DNA of 49,716 nucleotides from Octopus sinensis (taxonomy: Eukaryota). How positions within the stretch are numbered: the first letter of the stretch is position 1; every line of letters starts with the position of its first letter. The stretch lies in contig NW_021835063.1 of NCBI RefSeq assembly GCF_006345805.1, positions 1 through 49,716 on the forward strand. The letters run 5' to 3'. Made by a program: the position numbers and the translations under genes. The notes beneath the pieces were generated by a model. The model saw only the letters and a list, made by a program, of their open reading frames with translations, did no database searches and was not told where the DNA came from. This document shows, in pieces, positions 10,300 through 23,290 of the stretch.

Positions 10300-11790
10300 T
10301 GATTTTATGTGCCACCGACACAGTGCCAGACGAGGCTGGCGAACGGCCACGCTCGGATGGTGTTTTTATGTGCCACCGACACAGGTGCCAGACGAGGCTG
10401 GCAGACGGCCACGCTCGGATGGTGTTTTTATGTGCCACCGACACAGGTGCCAGATGAGGCTGGCAGGTGCCAGACGAGGCTGGCAGACGGCCACGCTCGG
10501 ATGGTGTTTTTATGTGCCACCGACACAGGTGCCAGATGAGGCTGGCGGACGGCCACGATCGGATGGTGTTTGTTTACGTCCCCAAAGCACGGAGGCCAGT
10601 CTATGCGGTACTGGCTACGGCCACGTTCGGATGATTTTCTTGTGTGCCACCGGCACTGGTACCACAAAGATACAAATTCCATTTATGCTCATCTATTTGA
10701 TTTGTTTTGATTTGATTGATTTCACTTGCCTCAACGGTCTTCACAAGTGTCACTTGCCTCAACAGGTTCTTCACAAGTGTCACAAGAGGAAGGTATGCAC
10801 AGGTGGACTGTCTACGTCGCCGGGTCTTCGGATGGTGTCTTTATGTGCACCACACAGGTGCCAGATGTGGCTGGCGAACGGCCACGATCGGATGGTTTTC
10901 TTGTGTGCCACCGGTACTGGAACCACAAAGATACAAATTCCATTGATGTCATCTTCTATTTGATTTGGTTTGATTTTCACTTGCCTCAAAAGGTCTTCAC
11001 AAGTGTCACGCGTGTCACACACTTGCCCAACAGGTCTCCACAAGTGTCACACACTTGCCTCTGCCTCAACAGGTCTTCACAAAGTGTCACAATTGCCTCT
11101 GCCTCAACAGGTCTCACAAGTGTCATAAGAGGGAAGGTATGCACAGGTGGACTGACTACGTCGCCGGGTCTTGGATGGTTTGTTTTTATGTGCCACCGAC
11201 ACAGGTGCCAGGTGAGGCTGGCGAAAACGCCACGATCAGATGGTGTTTGTTGTGCCCACAGCACGGAGGCCAGTCGATATGCGGTACAGCTACGGCCACT
11301 TCGGATGGTTTTTTGTGTGCCCACCGGTACTGGAACCACAAAGATACAAATTCCATTGATATCATCTATTTTGATTTGGTTTGATTTTCACTTGCTCAAC
11401 AGGTCTTCACAAGTGTCACACACTTGCCTCAACAGGTCTTCACAAGTGTCATAAGAGGGAAGTATGCACAGGTGACTGACTACGTCGCCGGGTCTTCGGA
11501 TGGTGTCTTTATGTGCCACCGGCACAGGTGCCAGATGAGGCTGGCGAACGGCCACGATCGGATGGTGTTTGTTGTGCCACAGCACGGAGGCCAGTCGATG
11601 CGGTGGGGTACTGGTTACGGCCACGTTTGGGTGGTTTTCTTGTGTGCCACCGGCACTGGTACCACAAAGAATACAATTCCACTGTGTTCATCTATTTTGA
11701 TTTGTTTTGATTTGATTTGATTTTCACTTGCCTCAACAGGTCTTCATAAGTGTCACAAGAAGGAGGTATGCACAGGACTGACTACGTCCC
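10300..11790. repeat. Nested tandem array inside the RTE 3' UTR
   Basis: ~61-62-bp units (GCCACC at 10311, 10372, 10434), ~31-bp units (CACTTGCCTCAACAGGTCTTCACAAGTGTCA), and higher-order blocks marked by ACCACAAAGA near 10661, 10922, 11336 and 11661. Confidence 0.9.
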
Positions 11791-11809
11791 AAGGTCGGGG
11801 CCACGGGTT

Positions 11810-13070
11810 ATGGCCTGATAGTCTTGCCGGGTCTTCTCATGCACAGCATAATTCCATAGGTCTCGGCTCTAGACATTTCCTTAGTGAGACCTAAAGTTCG
11901 AAGAAGGTCGTGCTTCACCACCTCGTCCCAGGTTTTCCTGGGTCTACCTCTTCCACAGGTTCCCTCCACTGCTAGGGGTGTAGCACTTTTGCACACAACT
12001 ATCTTCAGCCTTTCTTGTCACATGACCATACCAGCGCAGCCGTCTCTCTGCACGCCACAAATGACGCTTCTTAGGTTCAGCTTTTCTCTCAAGGAACTTA
12101 CACTCTGACGATTATGAACACTGACATTAAACATCCATCGGAGCATACTGGCTTCATTTCTTGCGAGCTTACGCATATCCTCAGCAGTCACGGCCCATGT
12201 TTCAATACCTGTAGCATGGCTGTACGTACAAATCATCATACAGTCTGCCTTTTACTCTGAGCGAGAGGCCTTTTGTCACCAGCAGGGGTAAGAGCCTCTA
12301 AACTTTGCCAGGCTATTCTTACTCTAGCAGTTACACTTTCAGCACACCCACCCCCGCTACTGACTTGGTCTCCTAGGTAGCGGAAGCTATCAACTACTTC
12401 TAGTTTGTCTCCTGGAACGTGGCAGAAGTTGGTCTCTGCATATTTCAGTGTTTATTGCTCCTGAGCATTTGCCACAGACAAAAACTATTTTCCTAGTTAG
12501 CCTTCCTTTGACATGCTGCACCTCTATGTGTCCATAGCTTACATGGTGCATCTTATAGAGTCTACCTACACTTTTTACAGATCGAGCAGGGCCACTACCG
12601 AAGCGTTTGTGGATTGATTACCTTCCTACTTATTAGAAACTTTGGTTTTGGCTAGGTTGATTCTAGGCCCTTCGATTCTAATACTTGTTTCCACACCTGA
12701 ACTTCTCCTCCAGTTCTGATAGTGACTCAGCAATTAGAGCAAGGTCATCAGCATAGAGGAGCTCCCAGGGGCAACCTGTCTTGAATTCCTCCGTTATTGC
12801 CTGGAGGACTATGATAAATAGGAGGGGACTGAGGACTGAACCTTGGTGGACCCCAACCTCTACCGGAATTCTTCACTGTACTCGTTGCCCACCCTCACCT
12901 TACTAGCAGCGTCTCTGTACATGGCTTGCACAGCTCTCACCAACATTTTCTATCCCTAGTTCCTCATTGACCACCAGATGGGGACGGGGGACCCTGTCAA
13001 AGGCTTTCTCCAAGTCAACAAAAGCCAGGTACAAGGGGCTTATCTTTGGCTAGGTATTTCTCCTGCAGCT
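11810..13070 (-). pseudogene. RTE reverse transcriptase, C-terminal part (frameshifted)
   Basis: Motifs as above, spread over several frames. Confidence 0.85.
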
Positions 13071-13111
13071 ATACAAATACATACATATATATATATTATA
13101 ATAATATATAT

Positions 13112-13143
<32 letters not shown>

Positions 13144-13329
13144 CCTAAGAAAGTTAGGGGTTGTGGGTCCAACCCACTAAGGGATAATACCTATCCAATA
13201 TACGTTAGTATAATGTCCATGCATGTATATGTGAATATATATATACATATATATATATGTGTGTGTGTGTGGTTATTCAGCCTTTACACATATGTATATA
13301 TTATATATACACATATATGTGTGTATATG

Positions 13330-13474
13330 TGTGTATATATGTTTGATAGATAGATAGATGGATAGATAGACAGACAGATAGATACATAGGTAGATAGGCA
13401 GATAGATAGTTAGATAGATAGGTAGGTAGGTAGGCAGGTAGGTAGGTAGGTAGGTAGGTAGGTAAGTAGGTAGG

Positions 13475-13524
<50 letters not shown>
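13330..13524. repeat. (GATA)n/(GGTA)n microsatellite abutting the LINE 3' end
   Basis: Seen directly. Confidence 0.95.
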
Positions 13525-13525
<1 letters not shown>

Positions 13526-13828
13526 CTTTCTTTTATTAGCCACAACAGGGCTGAATACAGAGGGGACAATACAAATGCAGAGCTTTTCTTTCGAGGGTGG
13601 AAAAAAATAAAAAATGTAGATTGCGATCAAAAGGGATCGAGAGGAGGAAAAAAAAAGGAAAAAAAAAAAGGAAAATCGTGTATCACAGAAATAATGGTGT
13701 AAACATGATATAACAAGATTGGGTTCATCCGTGGGAAGAAAAGCCTACAGAAAAGACCACGGGAACCCCAGTCAGGGAGGAAATAAACACATGAGGTCAA
13801 AAATGCTCTCTTTCTTTCTTTTTACGAT

Positions 13829-16800
13829 CTACAGGATCATGCTCAAAATGGTTTCGTTACTAGCACGCACCATCTTTGCAACATTCACCCATCTTTTTTG
13901 AATCTTTCGCGAGACAAAACTTCCCTCTCCATTCTACCTTCCTTTTCAAGTGGTACTTGAAAAAGTTGATGAGCGATTGGCCAGAGAGGTAAGTGTTTGT
14001 CTCTAATCCTTTCGCTCGAGTCCACCACACACATTCTTTCACACCATGGCCACCAGTACGATGAAAACTGCCTTGCCTTCCCGGTTGAGGGAAGGGGGCG
14101 GAGCAATTCTCACGATAGACTCGGCCGATAGGCGGATTCGTCCCACACGTGACAGCAGCCGTTCGGCATAAGCCCACAGGTCGGAAATGGTTGGACATTG
14201 CACGAGTGCGTGCAGAACGGTTTCGTCGCTCTGACCGCATCTCGGCAAGTCGGTCCAGTGTGTCTGGAACCGTGTCTGTAGAGCTTATCCCGAACAGGTA
14301 ATGCTTCTCGATAGCACTGCCAGGCCAGGGATCTTTGGTGATTGTTCATAGGTCCCGGCCCGAAAGTTGTCCTGAAAAGGCGGGTCAGGTGTTCCTCGTC
14401 GACGCCCAGACTCTGCCCGAGTTCGTCGTCGCACCTCCCCTCCACTAATCCTCTATAGAATGCCTTTGTTGTGATGGAGTCGCACAAGTTCGATCCCGGA
14501 CGGCAGAGTTGCTTGAGAGCAACGCGACACTCGCGGTGCCATTCGCCTAGCCTCGGTCTCTGCTTGATCCATGACTGTAGTTCGTCCAAGGAGACGAGCT
14601 GCGGGAAAGCGCGCCGCACAAAAGGCGACCACCCCTGTTCACCGTTGTCTATGAAACGCCGGAGATGTCGCAGTCTCAGCGCATGTCTGCGCATCATCAA
14701 CCACGGCATGCCCAGCCCTCCATTTAGCGGTGTTGGCAGCAAATGGATCGCCTAACCATCGGAACGTTTCCCTTCCACAAGAAGCGGAAGAGTATGCGTT
14801 CCAGTTTTGATGTAGGGTCGGGACAAGGCACGACGGTCAGACGATACTCGATGACGGATGCGATGTACGCGTTCGCCACCTCCGCCCGACCTTTTAGGGA
14901 TAGCTTTCTCTCAGTCCATTTCTGGGTGAGAGAAGCCACCCTAGTCGTTATCTCGCCCCAGTTCTTCTCCATTTGGAGGTCCGGACCGAACCAGACCCCG
15001 AGCAATTTAACCGGTCCGTCCGTCCAGCGTCCCACGATGGAGACGCTGTTGGACGGCATGGGCTTGCTTCTCCAGGTGCCGAGCCGCAAGCCCACTGACT
15101 TTTCCCGGTTAATTTTTGCTCCCGTTACCGCTTCGTATTCTTTCAGTTCTTGTCTCGCCGACCAGCTCGATGTGCTCGTAGCTCGACACTATGACGGTGA
15201 CGTCATCCGCGTATGCAGACACGCTCCTCCCGCATCCCAGCTCTCGTGGGATGCCCCTCAGCGTCGCCAGTTTCCGCAGTAGTGGCTCAAGAGTCAGTAC
15301 ATACAGCAGCGATGAGAGGGGGCATCCCTGACGAACCGAACGCATGATTAAAAGGTCTGGATAGATGACCATTTACGCGAACTACTGAGCGGATGCCGCT
15401 GTATAAGGCAGCGATCCAACCGCGGAAAACTGGACCGAACCAGCCGCTTTGAGGACAGCCTCCAAGTAGTGATGGTCTACCCTATCGAAGGCTTTGATTG
15501 ATCCAAATTGATCAGCGCCCCACCCATGCCAGGATTTTTAACTACCCTGTCTATGATGTAGCGCATCAGATGGAGGTTGTCATGAATACTTCTACCCGGC
15601 ACGGCGCATGTTTGCGCCTTGTCGATTAGTTTCTTGATGACAAGCGCCAACCTCTCGGCTAACACCTTGGCCAAAATTTTCAAATCTGCGTTGAGCAGAG
15701 TGATGGGCCTGAAATTATCTATGACGTCCCCCTTGTTTGGGTCTTTCTTGATCAGTGCCACTGCTCCTCGCTTTACAAAAGCAGGATACTCCCGTCTGCT
15801 GCCAGTTGCAGTAGACAGCTGCCAAGACGCCTCCAACAAGTCTGGCATATGAAAATAAAATTCGTAGGGCAGACCATCCAAGCCTGGTGACTTGTCTCTC
15901 GCGCAGCCTACCATCGCATCCTGTACATCCGCAGCTGTGATAGGCTTTTCACAAGACTCCACCTCCCTTGCTGAGAGTCGTGGCAAGGCATGCAGGTAGG
16001 CACTAAAGTCCACTCTGCTTTCTGACTCACCACTTGTCCCAAACAGTTTGGTGAAGTGTTGTTGAAAAACCCACACATCCTTTTAGGCTCGAGCAATTCG
16101 CGCCCCTGTTCATCTATAAGAGACTTGATGGTGGCTCTGTTGCCTCGTTGCGTCTCCACCACTCGGGCCTCTTGGGCGGCTCCAACTCCTTCGTTCCTCA
16201 GAGCACGCATCCTAGCTCTGACAACGCATCCCTCGTGTTTTGGCGTTGAGGTGTTGGTCGAGGGCCAATCTCGCCGCCAGTACGTTGGACGCGATGCCAG
16301 TTCTAAGTGCCTCTTCTAAAACCTTAACTAATTCTCCCTCTATTCTATTTCGGTCTAATGCTAGGCTCTACTGTATCTGACTGATTCTGCTTTAATCGCT
16401 TTTTTTAGGGCATACCACCATCTGTTGTTGATGATGGTACCCGTCAAAGCTCTCTTAACTAATGTGCTGATCCGGTCCCTGTAAACCTGTCGTGCTGTAA
16501 AAGACGCGTTCAGTTTCCAGTAACCAGGACCCTGCCTATGTGTCTTATCTAAGTCAAGTGTACAAGTCACAAACTTGTGATCTGTGTAACTGACTATATG
16601 AAATTGTGGACAACCTACACTATTTTTATCTATTGTCCTACAGAATACTCTATCTAAGTATGATCTGGACGACCCGATGCGGTTACTCCATGTCCACATT
16701 GGCACATTCGGGTGTCCAGTCGGTACCTGTCAGACAGTTGGAAACGTCTGAGCAGGTCTTTGAGGCATTTGCATCCCCTTCTATTGCTATCTCTGCCCAC

Positions 16801-17257
16801 GTAGTCTAGATGCGTGTCCAGGGTGGCATTCCAATCCCCCACTAAAAGTAAAGGACGAGACGTTCCCATGAAAGACTCTAGACGTCGAAAGAAATCTGGT
16901 CGGCCTGTTAAGGACGGAGCATAAACTGCTATCAGTCGAAAAGCACACTCATTGCTGCCATCGACATCCAAAACGACCAGCCTACCCTCCGGGTCTAGGA
17001 AATTTGCTCTTACTTTGAGATCCAGACTCTTCCGGATAAGCACCGCGGTGCCACCTCCGCCCCATTCTCGGTAGACACGGAGAAAAATAAATGTTGAAAT
17101 GTGTACCGAAAATGTGCTGGAGTGCCCGCAAGCTGTGGAGTCTGGTCTCACTGATGGCTATGATATTCAGATTTAGTGACTTGATGTCATTTAACAGGTA
17201 GCCTTGTTTCCAAGGCGACCCCAAGCCACGTACATTTATACTACCTATTCTGAGCAT
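13829..17257 (-). pseudogene. LINE ORF2: APE endonuclease, reverse transcriptase and C-terminal CCHC domain (about 10 frameshifts)
   Basis: GSINVRGL, ISETRL, VYAP, GDWN, YLDR, TDH, YWKLN, KSPGLDGLPYEFY, FRPITLLNADLKILAK, RQGCPLS, AYADD, KLLGV, CPRCGQSDETVLHALVQC. Stop TAG at 13829-13831. Confidence 0.9.
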
Positions 17258-17299
17258 GTTCCGATAAAAGTGCAAAAAAGGAAAAGGAGAGAGAAAAGG

Positions 17300-19400
17300 T
17301 TACTTGTTTTTCGAAAGTTCTTTGTCTTTCACCTCACGGTCTTCTTCTATGAGGCTTTTATACAGTTTTTTCGATGAGTACTTTTGAAATCTCCCTACTG
17401 CATCAGGGTAAAGAGATTTCAGGGTGCTGTATGTGTTCTGTGTCACGTGTATTATTTTAATGTGTTGTGGTGGTGTTGTATGTGGGTGGTTACTTGTTTT
17501 TATGTCGTTTTCAGTAATGTTAGTGTTTGACCTAATGTGTTCCATTAGGTCGTGGTTGTTTGTGTTTATGGCTGTCAACATTTTTGGGGGGTTGATGATG
17601 GTGTGTTTGTGTTGATGTGTGTGTTTTCTGTGGATGTTTTTTTTTTCGGGAGTGGTGTATCTTCCCGCTTTGTTTGTTATTTTTTCTTTTCTTTTTTTTC
17701 CCCTTTTTTTCTCCCCCCTGTGGCTATTTGCCAATCTTCCGTGTCTTCTTCGTCTAATGACAGATCAGACGAATCGGAGTCTGGAAGAGGGAAGAATTGG
17801 GGTCTATTGTCGACTGTGTTGGTTTTTTGTGGTTGGTGTTGGTTGGTGAGCGTTTGGTTGTGGTGTATGCGGTTTTGGATGTGGGGTTTGGGTATTTTGT
17901 GTTTGAGTGATTGTGGTATTGTTGTGTTGTTTAGGGTGTCAATTTTGTGGGGATTTGGTGTTGTAATTGTTTCTTCATTTTTGCTGGGTGTCTTTTGGGC
18001 AGATGTCCTTGGTTGGGAGTTGGTATATTCTTGGTTGTTGTTGTTGGTGATGCTGCTCTGTTCTTGGTGCTGCAGTTGGTGTGGTTGTTTGTTTGGTGAG
18101 GTTTGTTCCTGCAAAAAGTGGTGTGGGTAGTAAACCTTGTTTATTGTTTTTGTTTCCGGCTGCTGTTGTTGTGTGCTGTTGTTTTCTTGCGGCAGATTTG
18201 CAGTTTTTTTGAGGTGTTGCTCACTGCCGCATATGTAGCAACGTGGTCTTCTGCCATCGACGACCACATATAACTTGTGGTCGTCTGATACACATATCTG
18301 GGTGGGTATTTTTTTTATATCCTCATGATGTATATGTAGAAGAAATTCTATTTTTTGTCCCACCCAGTTTTTATGCTCTGTGACTGTGGTTTCCAAAATA
18401 GTATAATTCGCCATTTTTACGCATAAGGCCTTTACAAGCCATAGACTATTGGCTATTTGGGGACATTGTTTAGAGTGATCTTAGTCACTTTCTGTCCCCG
18501 ATAGCTTGGTGTAAGTTGGAGTTCATCTGAGTGAAGAGTTAGCGTTGAGAAATGTCTAGCTAACTCTTCGGTGTGGAAAACAACTTGTATGTGGGCAAAT
18601 TTGTTCCACCAGGTTACATATTCTTTGTGATCCCAGATGGGTTTCAAGCACTTCTCTATTTTGCTTGTGTTGGCCTTCTCTGGGACTTTTGTTTTTTTGT
18701 TAACTATTTTATAAATGATTGTTCTTTTTTTTTCATTTTCCAAAATATCTTCTGGTATGTTTATTTTTACTATACCTTCTGATTCTGTTATTTTGATGTT
18801 CGTGTCCTGTATTTGTTGAGCCGTAAAGTATATTGTTTTTTTTTCTTTAATCGCCTCAGCGAAATTTGTTTTGTTTTGTTATTGTTGTTGCTTGTGGTGA
18901 TGTTGTTGTTGGCTGCAGTTTGTAAAATTGGTGTGTTTGGTTCGATCGTGCTAGTAGGAAGGGGTGGAAAATTGCCTGCGTACTTTAGTCCTGCACTAGG
19001 GCAAAATTCGACATTTCGTTTGCTTGTCGTCGTTATTTTTTCACTTGTTGGTGATGGAGTGAGCAGTGTTGAAGGGAATTGTTGTTGTCGTCGTTGTTGT
19101 TGTTGTTATTGTCGTTCTTGGTGACGGCGGTGGTGTTGGTAGTATTAGTAGCATTGACGGCACGGTCTTTGGTGGCGGTGATGGTGATGTTGTTATTGGT
19201 GGCGATATCTTTAGTAGGGATAGCAGTTTTAGTAGCAGATTCTGCCATGGTGTTGGTGGTGGTGGTGGACTCACTGATGGTGTTGACGGTGCTTGGCCTT
19301 GCGACCTTTGTTTTGTATTTGTTGCTGTTGGTGGTGGTGGAGTTGTCAGGTTCGGCGTATGCTAACAGAGCATCCTGTTTTTCGTTTCTGCGTCACGCTT
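17300..19400 (-). pseudogene. LINE ORF1 (gag-like, CX2CX4HX4C zinc knuckle), frameshifted
   Basis: GRRPRCYICGSEQHLKK, with the final Cys restored by changing the length of an A-run at ~18200. T/N-rich N-terminus, basic C-terminus, start codon unresolved. Confidence 0.75.
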
Positions 19401-19647
19401 CACTTGCAACTCAGCCTCGTGGTGGCCAGTGGCCTTTTGGAATAAAATGGCTAAATGAAACCACGAAGGCTATGAGAATGTTTTCTTTTAATTTTGCCCA
19501 CAAGGGGCAAAATTTTGTGTCGATATTTATCAAAGGTTTACAGTGGATGTTGTTGCACAACTTTTAAGCACAAAATGTTTGTCAATATACACTTTTAAAT
19601 GGTCAAAATAAATGATTACCTTCGGAGCTGAAACGACTCACATCCGT

Positions 19648-19666
19648 CAGACAGACAGATAGATAG

Positions 19667-19697
<31 letters not shown>

Positions 19698-19781
19698 ATA
19701 AATAGATAGATAGATAGATAGATAGATATAGATAGATAGATAGATGATAGATAGTTAGATAGATAGATAGATAGATAGTTA

Positions 19782-19824
<43 letters not shown>

Positions 19825-19862
19825 GATAGATAGATAGATAGTTAGATAGATAGATAGATAGT

Positions 19863-19909
<47 letters not shown>

Positions 19910-19946
19910 GTAGGTAGGTAGGTAGGTTGGTAGGTAGGTAGGTAGG

Positions 19947-19978
<32 letters not shown>

Positions 19979-20010
19979 CTGACAGACGGTTAGGTAGGTA
20001 GGTAGATAAA
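19648..20010. repeat. (GATA)n/(GGTA)n microsatellite abutting the LINE 5' end
   Basis: Seen directly. Confidence 0.95.
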
Positions 20011-20279
20011 CACAGCGGTAAAACAGATATTGCTACAATTAATGTGTGTGCGTGTGTGTGTGTAATGTATACATGAGCGTGTGCGTGTGTGTGTGTGTTG
20101 TGTGTGTATGTGTGTGTGTGTGTGTGAAGGAATGAATATGAGCGAGAGACAGAGGGAGAGAGAGAAGGGGGGCGTGCGTGATAAAGAAGGAAAAAATAGA
20201 GAAGCAGCGTCACAGACATTTCCAAGTTGACCTGGGTACAGTAACCAGGGACTAAATATAGAATTGGTTAGATCGTTTG

Positions 20280-21900
20280 TAGGCAGGTGGTGGTGGTGGT
20301 GGCGGTGATGGTGGCGGTGGTAGTGGTAGTGGCGGTGGCGGTGGTGGTGGTGGTGGTCGCCGTCGTTGTCGTATTGGTTGCGGTATATATATATGATGAC
20401 AGTGGTGGTGATGTTGTTGTTATTATTATTGGTGGAGGTAGTGGTGATGGTGACAGTAGTGGTAGTGGTGATGGTGCTGATGGTAGTGGTGCTGCTGTAC
20501 TGCTGCTGATGGTGGTGGTGATGGTGGTTGTGATAGAACTGTTGTTGTTTTTGGTGTTTTTGATATTGCTGGTGGTGGTGGTGGTTGACGGTAGTGGGGG
20601 GCGGGGGTAGCGATGGTAGGGGTGACAGTGGTGATAGTGATGTCGACGGTGGTGATGGTGGTGATGATGATCTCGGGGGAAAGTGGTTGTTAGTAGTCAT
20701 GTGATAACAGTGGTTGTTGTCGTGGTGACAGAAGACAGGGACGAGGCTACAGGTTGTTGTGATGTAGTGGTGTAATGCCGTGACGGTGCTGTAGATAGTG
20801 AGGTGGTAGTGGTGATGGTGGTGGTACTGGTGGAGGTAAGGCGAAGGGGAGTTTTTGATATTATAATGTGGTAGTGTTGGTTATAGTACATAGTGGTATT
20901 GGTGGTAGTATTTAGTGTCATGGGTGATAACCGTGTAACGATTATTAGTGCCAGTGATGATGTGGTGTTGGTGCTAGTACGGTAGTGGCATTGATGTTGG
21001 TGTTAGCACTATGGCTGTAAGGACTGTAGTGACGTCGTGGTGGTGGTGGTGGTGGTGGTGGTATGGGTGATACAGATGTAGTGGTGTTGGTGCTAGTACT
21101 GTGTTTATATTTATGCTAGTGAATGGTATTAATTGGTAGAGATGGGATGGTGTCGGTGGTAGTTTGTGGTCTGCGATGGTATTACTAGCACTGTAATGGT
21201 TTCGGTAGTAGTACTGTAATGGTATTGGTCATGGTGACGTGGTAGTAGTTTTTCTGGTGGTATTAGTAGTAGTGTATGATGGTATCAGATGTAGTACGGT
21301 GGTAGTATTGATAACAGTGTGATAGTGGTGTAGGTGGTAGTTTATGGTGGGTGGTAGTAGCAAAGTGGTGGTGGTGGTGTTGAGGTGGTGCGAGCACGGC
21401 TAGGCTGGGATGGTGGTAGTGACGCCGGTGTTGAAGATGTGGCGGTGCTAGTAGAGAAACAGAAAAAAGGTAACATTAAGTGGGTGTGGTAGTGTTTGGT
21501 GAAGTCATTGTCTCGGTGGTGGAGGTGGTGGTGGTAGTGGTGGTGGTGGTGATGGGGTAGTGGTGGTGCAGAGACAGGGTGGGTGGTGGAATGGGGTGGT
21601 GGCGGTGGTTAGCATCGGTGTCAGTTCTGCGAGTATTCTTGTAGCGTGGGAATTGTGTCACACCACTGATGGGGGCTGTGCTTGGTAGAACTGTAGACAG
21701 GAGTACGTGTGTGGGGGGGGGTCGTAAGCGGCGGGGTGGGAGTGTTTGGGTGGATGGAACGTTTAGAGGAAGGGCAGGGGTAGGTGGGTGGTAGTGGAGG
21801 TGGTGGTGGTGGTGGTGGTGATGGTGATAGTGGTGACAATGGTGGTGGTAGTGGTGGCGATGGTGACGGTGGTGGTTGTATGATTATAGTGGTGGTGGTT
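20280..21900. repeat. Degenerate (GGT/GAT/AGT)n low-complexity block
   Basis: Strong G+T strand bias. Source of the poly-V and poly-T/H/P pseudo-ORFs. Confidence 0.85.
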
Positions 21901-21949
21901 GATGAAGAGATAGCTTGAGCAAGAATGGAGAAGGATGATAAAAGAGTAA

Positions 21950-21994
21950 AAGTGATAGATGAGAGAGAGAGAGAGAGAAACACAGAGACAGACA

Positions 21995-22038
<44 letters not shown>

Positions 22039-22086
22039 GAGACAGAGAAAGAGGGAGGAAAAGGTGTGTATGTGTTAAAGAGACAA

Positions 22087-22130
<44 letters not shown>

Positions 22131-22159
22131 GTAGGTAGGTAGGTAGGTAGTTAGGTAGG

Positions 22160-22254
<95 letters not shown>

Positions 22255-22308
22255 GTAGGTAGTTAGGTAGGTAGATAGACAGACAGACAGACAGACAGAT
22301 AGACAGAC

Positions 22309-22359
<51 letters not shown>

Positions 22360-22456
22360 GAGGGAAGGTGTGTACGCTCTGTATATTATCTCTCTCTATA
22401 TGCATATAAAATACACATATTCTCGTGTAGTGGAACATTGTTAATATATATGTATA

Positions 22457-22547
<91 letters not shown>

Positions 22548-22761
22548 ATATATATATATATATATATCACGTGATCAGGCCAATATTTATGTGTGTATAT
22601 GTATATGTATATATATATATGTGTGTGTGTGTGTGGTGTGTGCGTGTGTGTATGTGTATATATATATTTTGTGTGTGTGTGAATATTTATGATAAATAGA
22701 GAGAAAGATAGGTAAATTGATAAACAAATAGACGGATACATTTATATATGTATGTCTCTGC

Positions 22762-22805
<44 letters not shown>

Positions 22806-23213
22806 ATGTATAGGTAACATGTAAAGTGAGGTAGATAGATAGAAAGATGAAGAGAGAGAGGGGGGAATGAGATGAGAGAGAAATCGTATATTATGGTAAG
22901 CAATAATTTGCAGTGTAACCTAAGCTAGAAAGAAGGAAAAGAAAGAGAGAGAACGATAAAGTGAAAAGAGAGAGTGACAGAGAGGCATATAAAGAGAAAC
23001 CGTGATAGAGAGAGGGTGCGTGAGAGAGTGAGGGTGAGTGAGAGAGAGTGAGTGAAAAATAAAGAGAGGGCAAGGGAGAGAGAAATAGTTACGGCACTTA
23101 GAGACGGCAATATATTAGAGAAACGGGTGGAAGGAGGAGGAAGATTAATAAGAGAGAGGGGGAGAGAGAGATGTAAGGGGAGGGGGTGAAAGATAAGCAA
23201 TAAGAAGAGAAAA

Positions 23214-23277
<64 letters not shown>

Positions 23278-23290
23278 AATAAAGAAAGAA
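21950..23290. repeat. Microsatellite mosaic: (GA)n, (GATA)n, (GACA)n, (TA)n, (GT)n, (GAAA)n
   Basis: Seen directly. Confidence 0.9.

Larger units (their letters stand above)
10122..13070 (-). mobile_element. 5'-truncated RTE-clade LINE with (GAT)n tail
   Basis: RT motifs AFVDLEKAFD, GVHQG (~12841-12857) and LYADD (~12744-12758); C-terminal GRGRPRKTW; 3' tail ...AACCCATGCTAGCATGGAAACGGACGCTAA(TGA)n. Candidate 21-bp low-complexity TSD ATACAAATACATACATATATA at 10097-10117 and 13071-13091. Confidence 0.9.
13525..19647 (-). mobile_element. Full-length Tx1/L1-group non-LTR retrotransposon (~6.1 kb)
   Basis: Two-ORF layout. The 3' UTR ends GGCT-AATAAA-AGAAAGT-(TATC)n with no poly(A). The 5' end (GACGGATGTGAGTCG) abuts (TATC)n/(TGTC)n. 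Confidence 0.92.

Noticed and set aside
10441-10560. CAGATGA...GAAC resembling a hammerhead core in the 62-bp unit
   Set aside because: The core has U4A, there is no GAAA and there are no stems I or III. The bases are better explained by the GCCAG/CTGGC hairpin.
10300-11790. CRISPR-like appearance, and 222-aa and 242-aa ORFs
   Set aside because: The units are contiguous tandem repeats without unique spacers, no cas genes are present, and the array lies inside an RTE 3' UTR. The ORFs simply repeat the unit translation.
19615-19650. GAAACG...CGTC at the LINE 5' end as a possible ribozyme
   Set aside because: It is on the antisense strand and has no CTGANGA partner. No HDV-like fold was recognised by eye.
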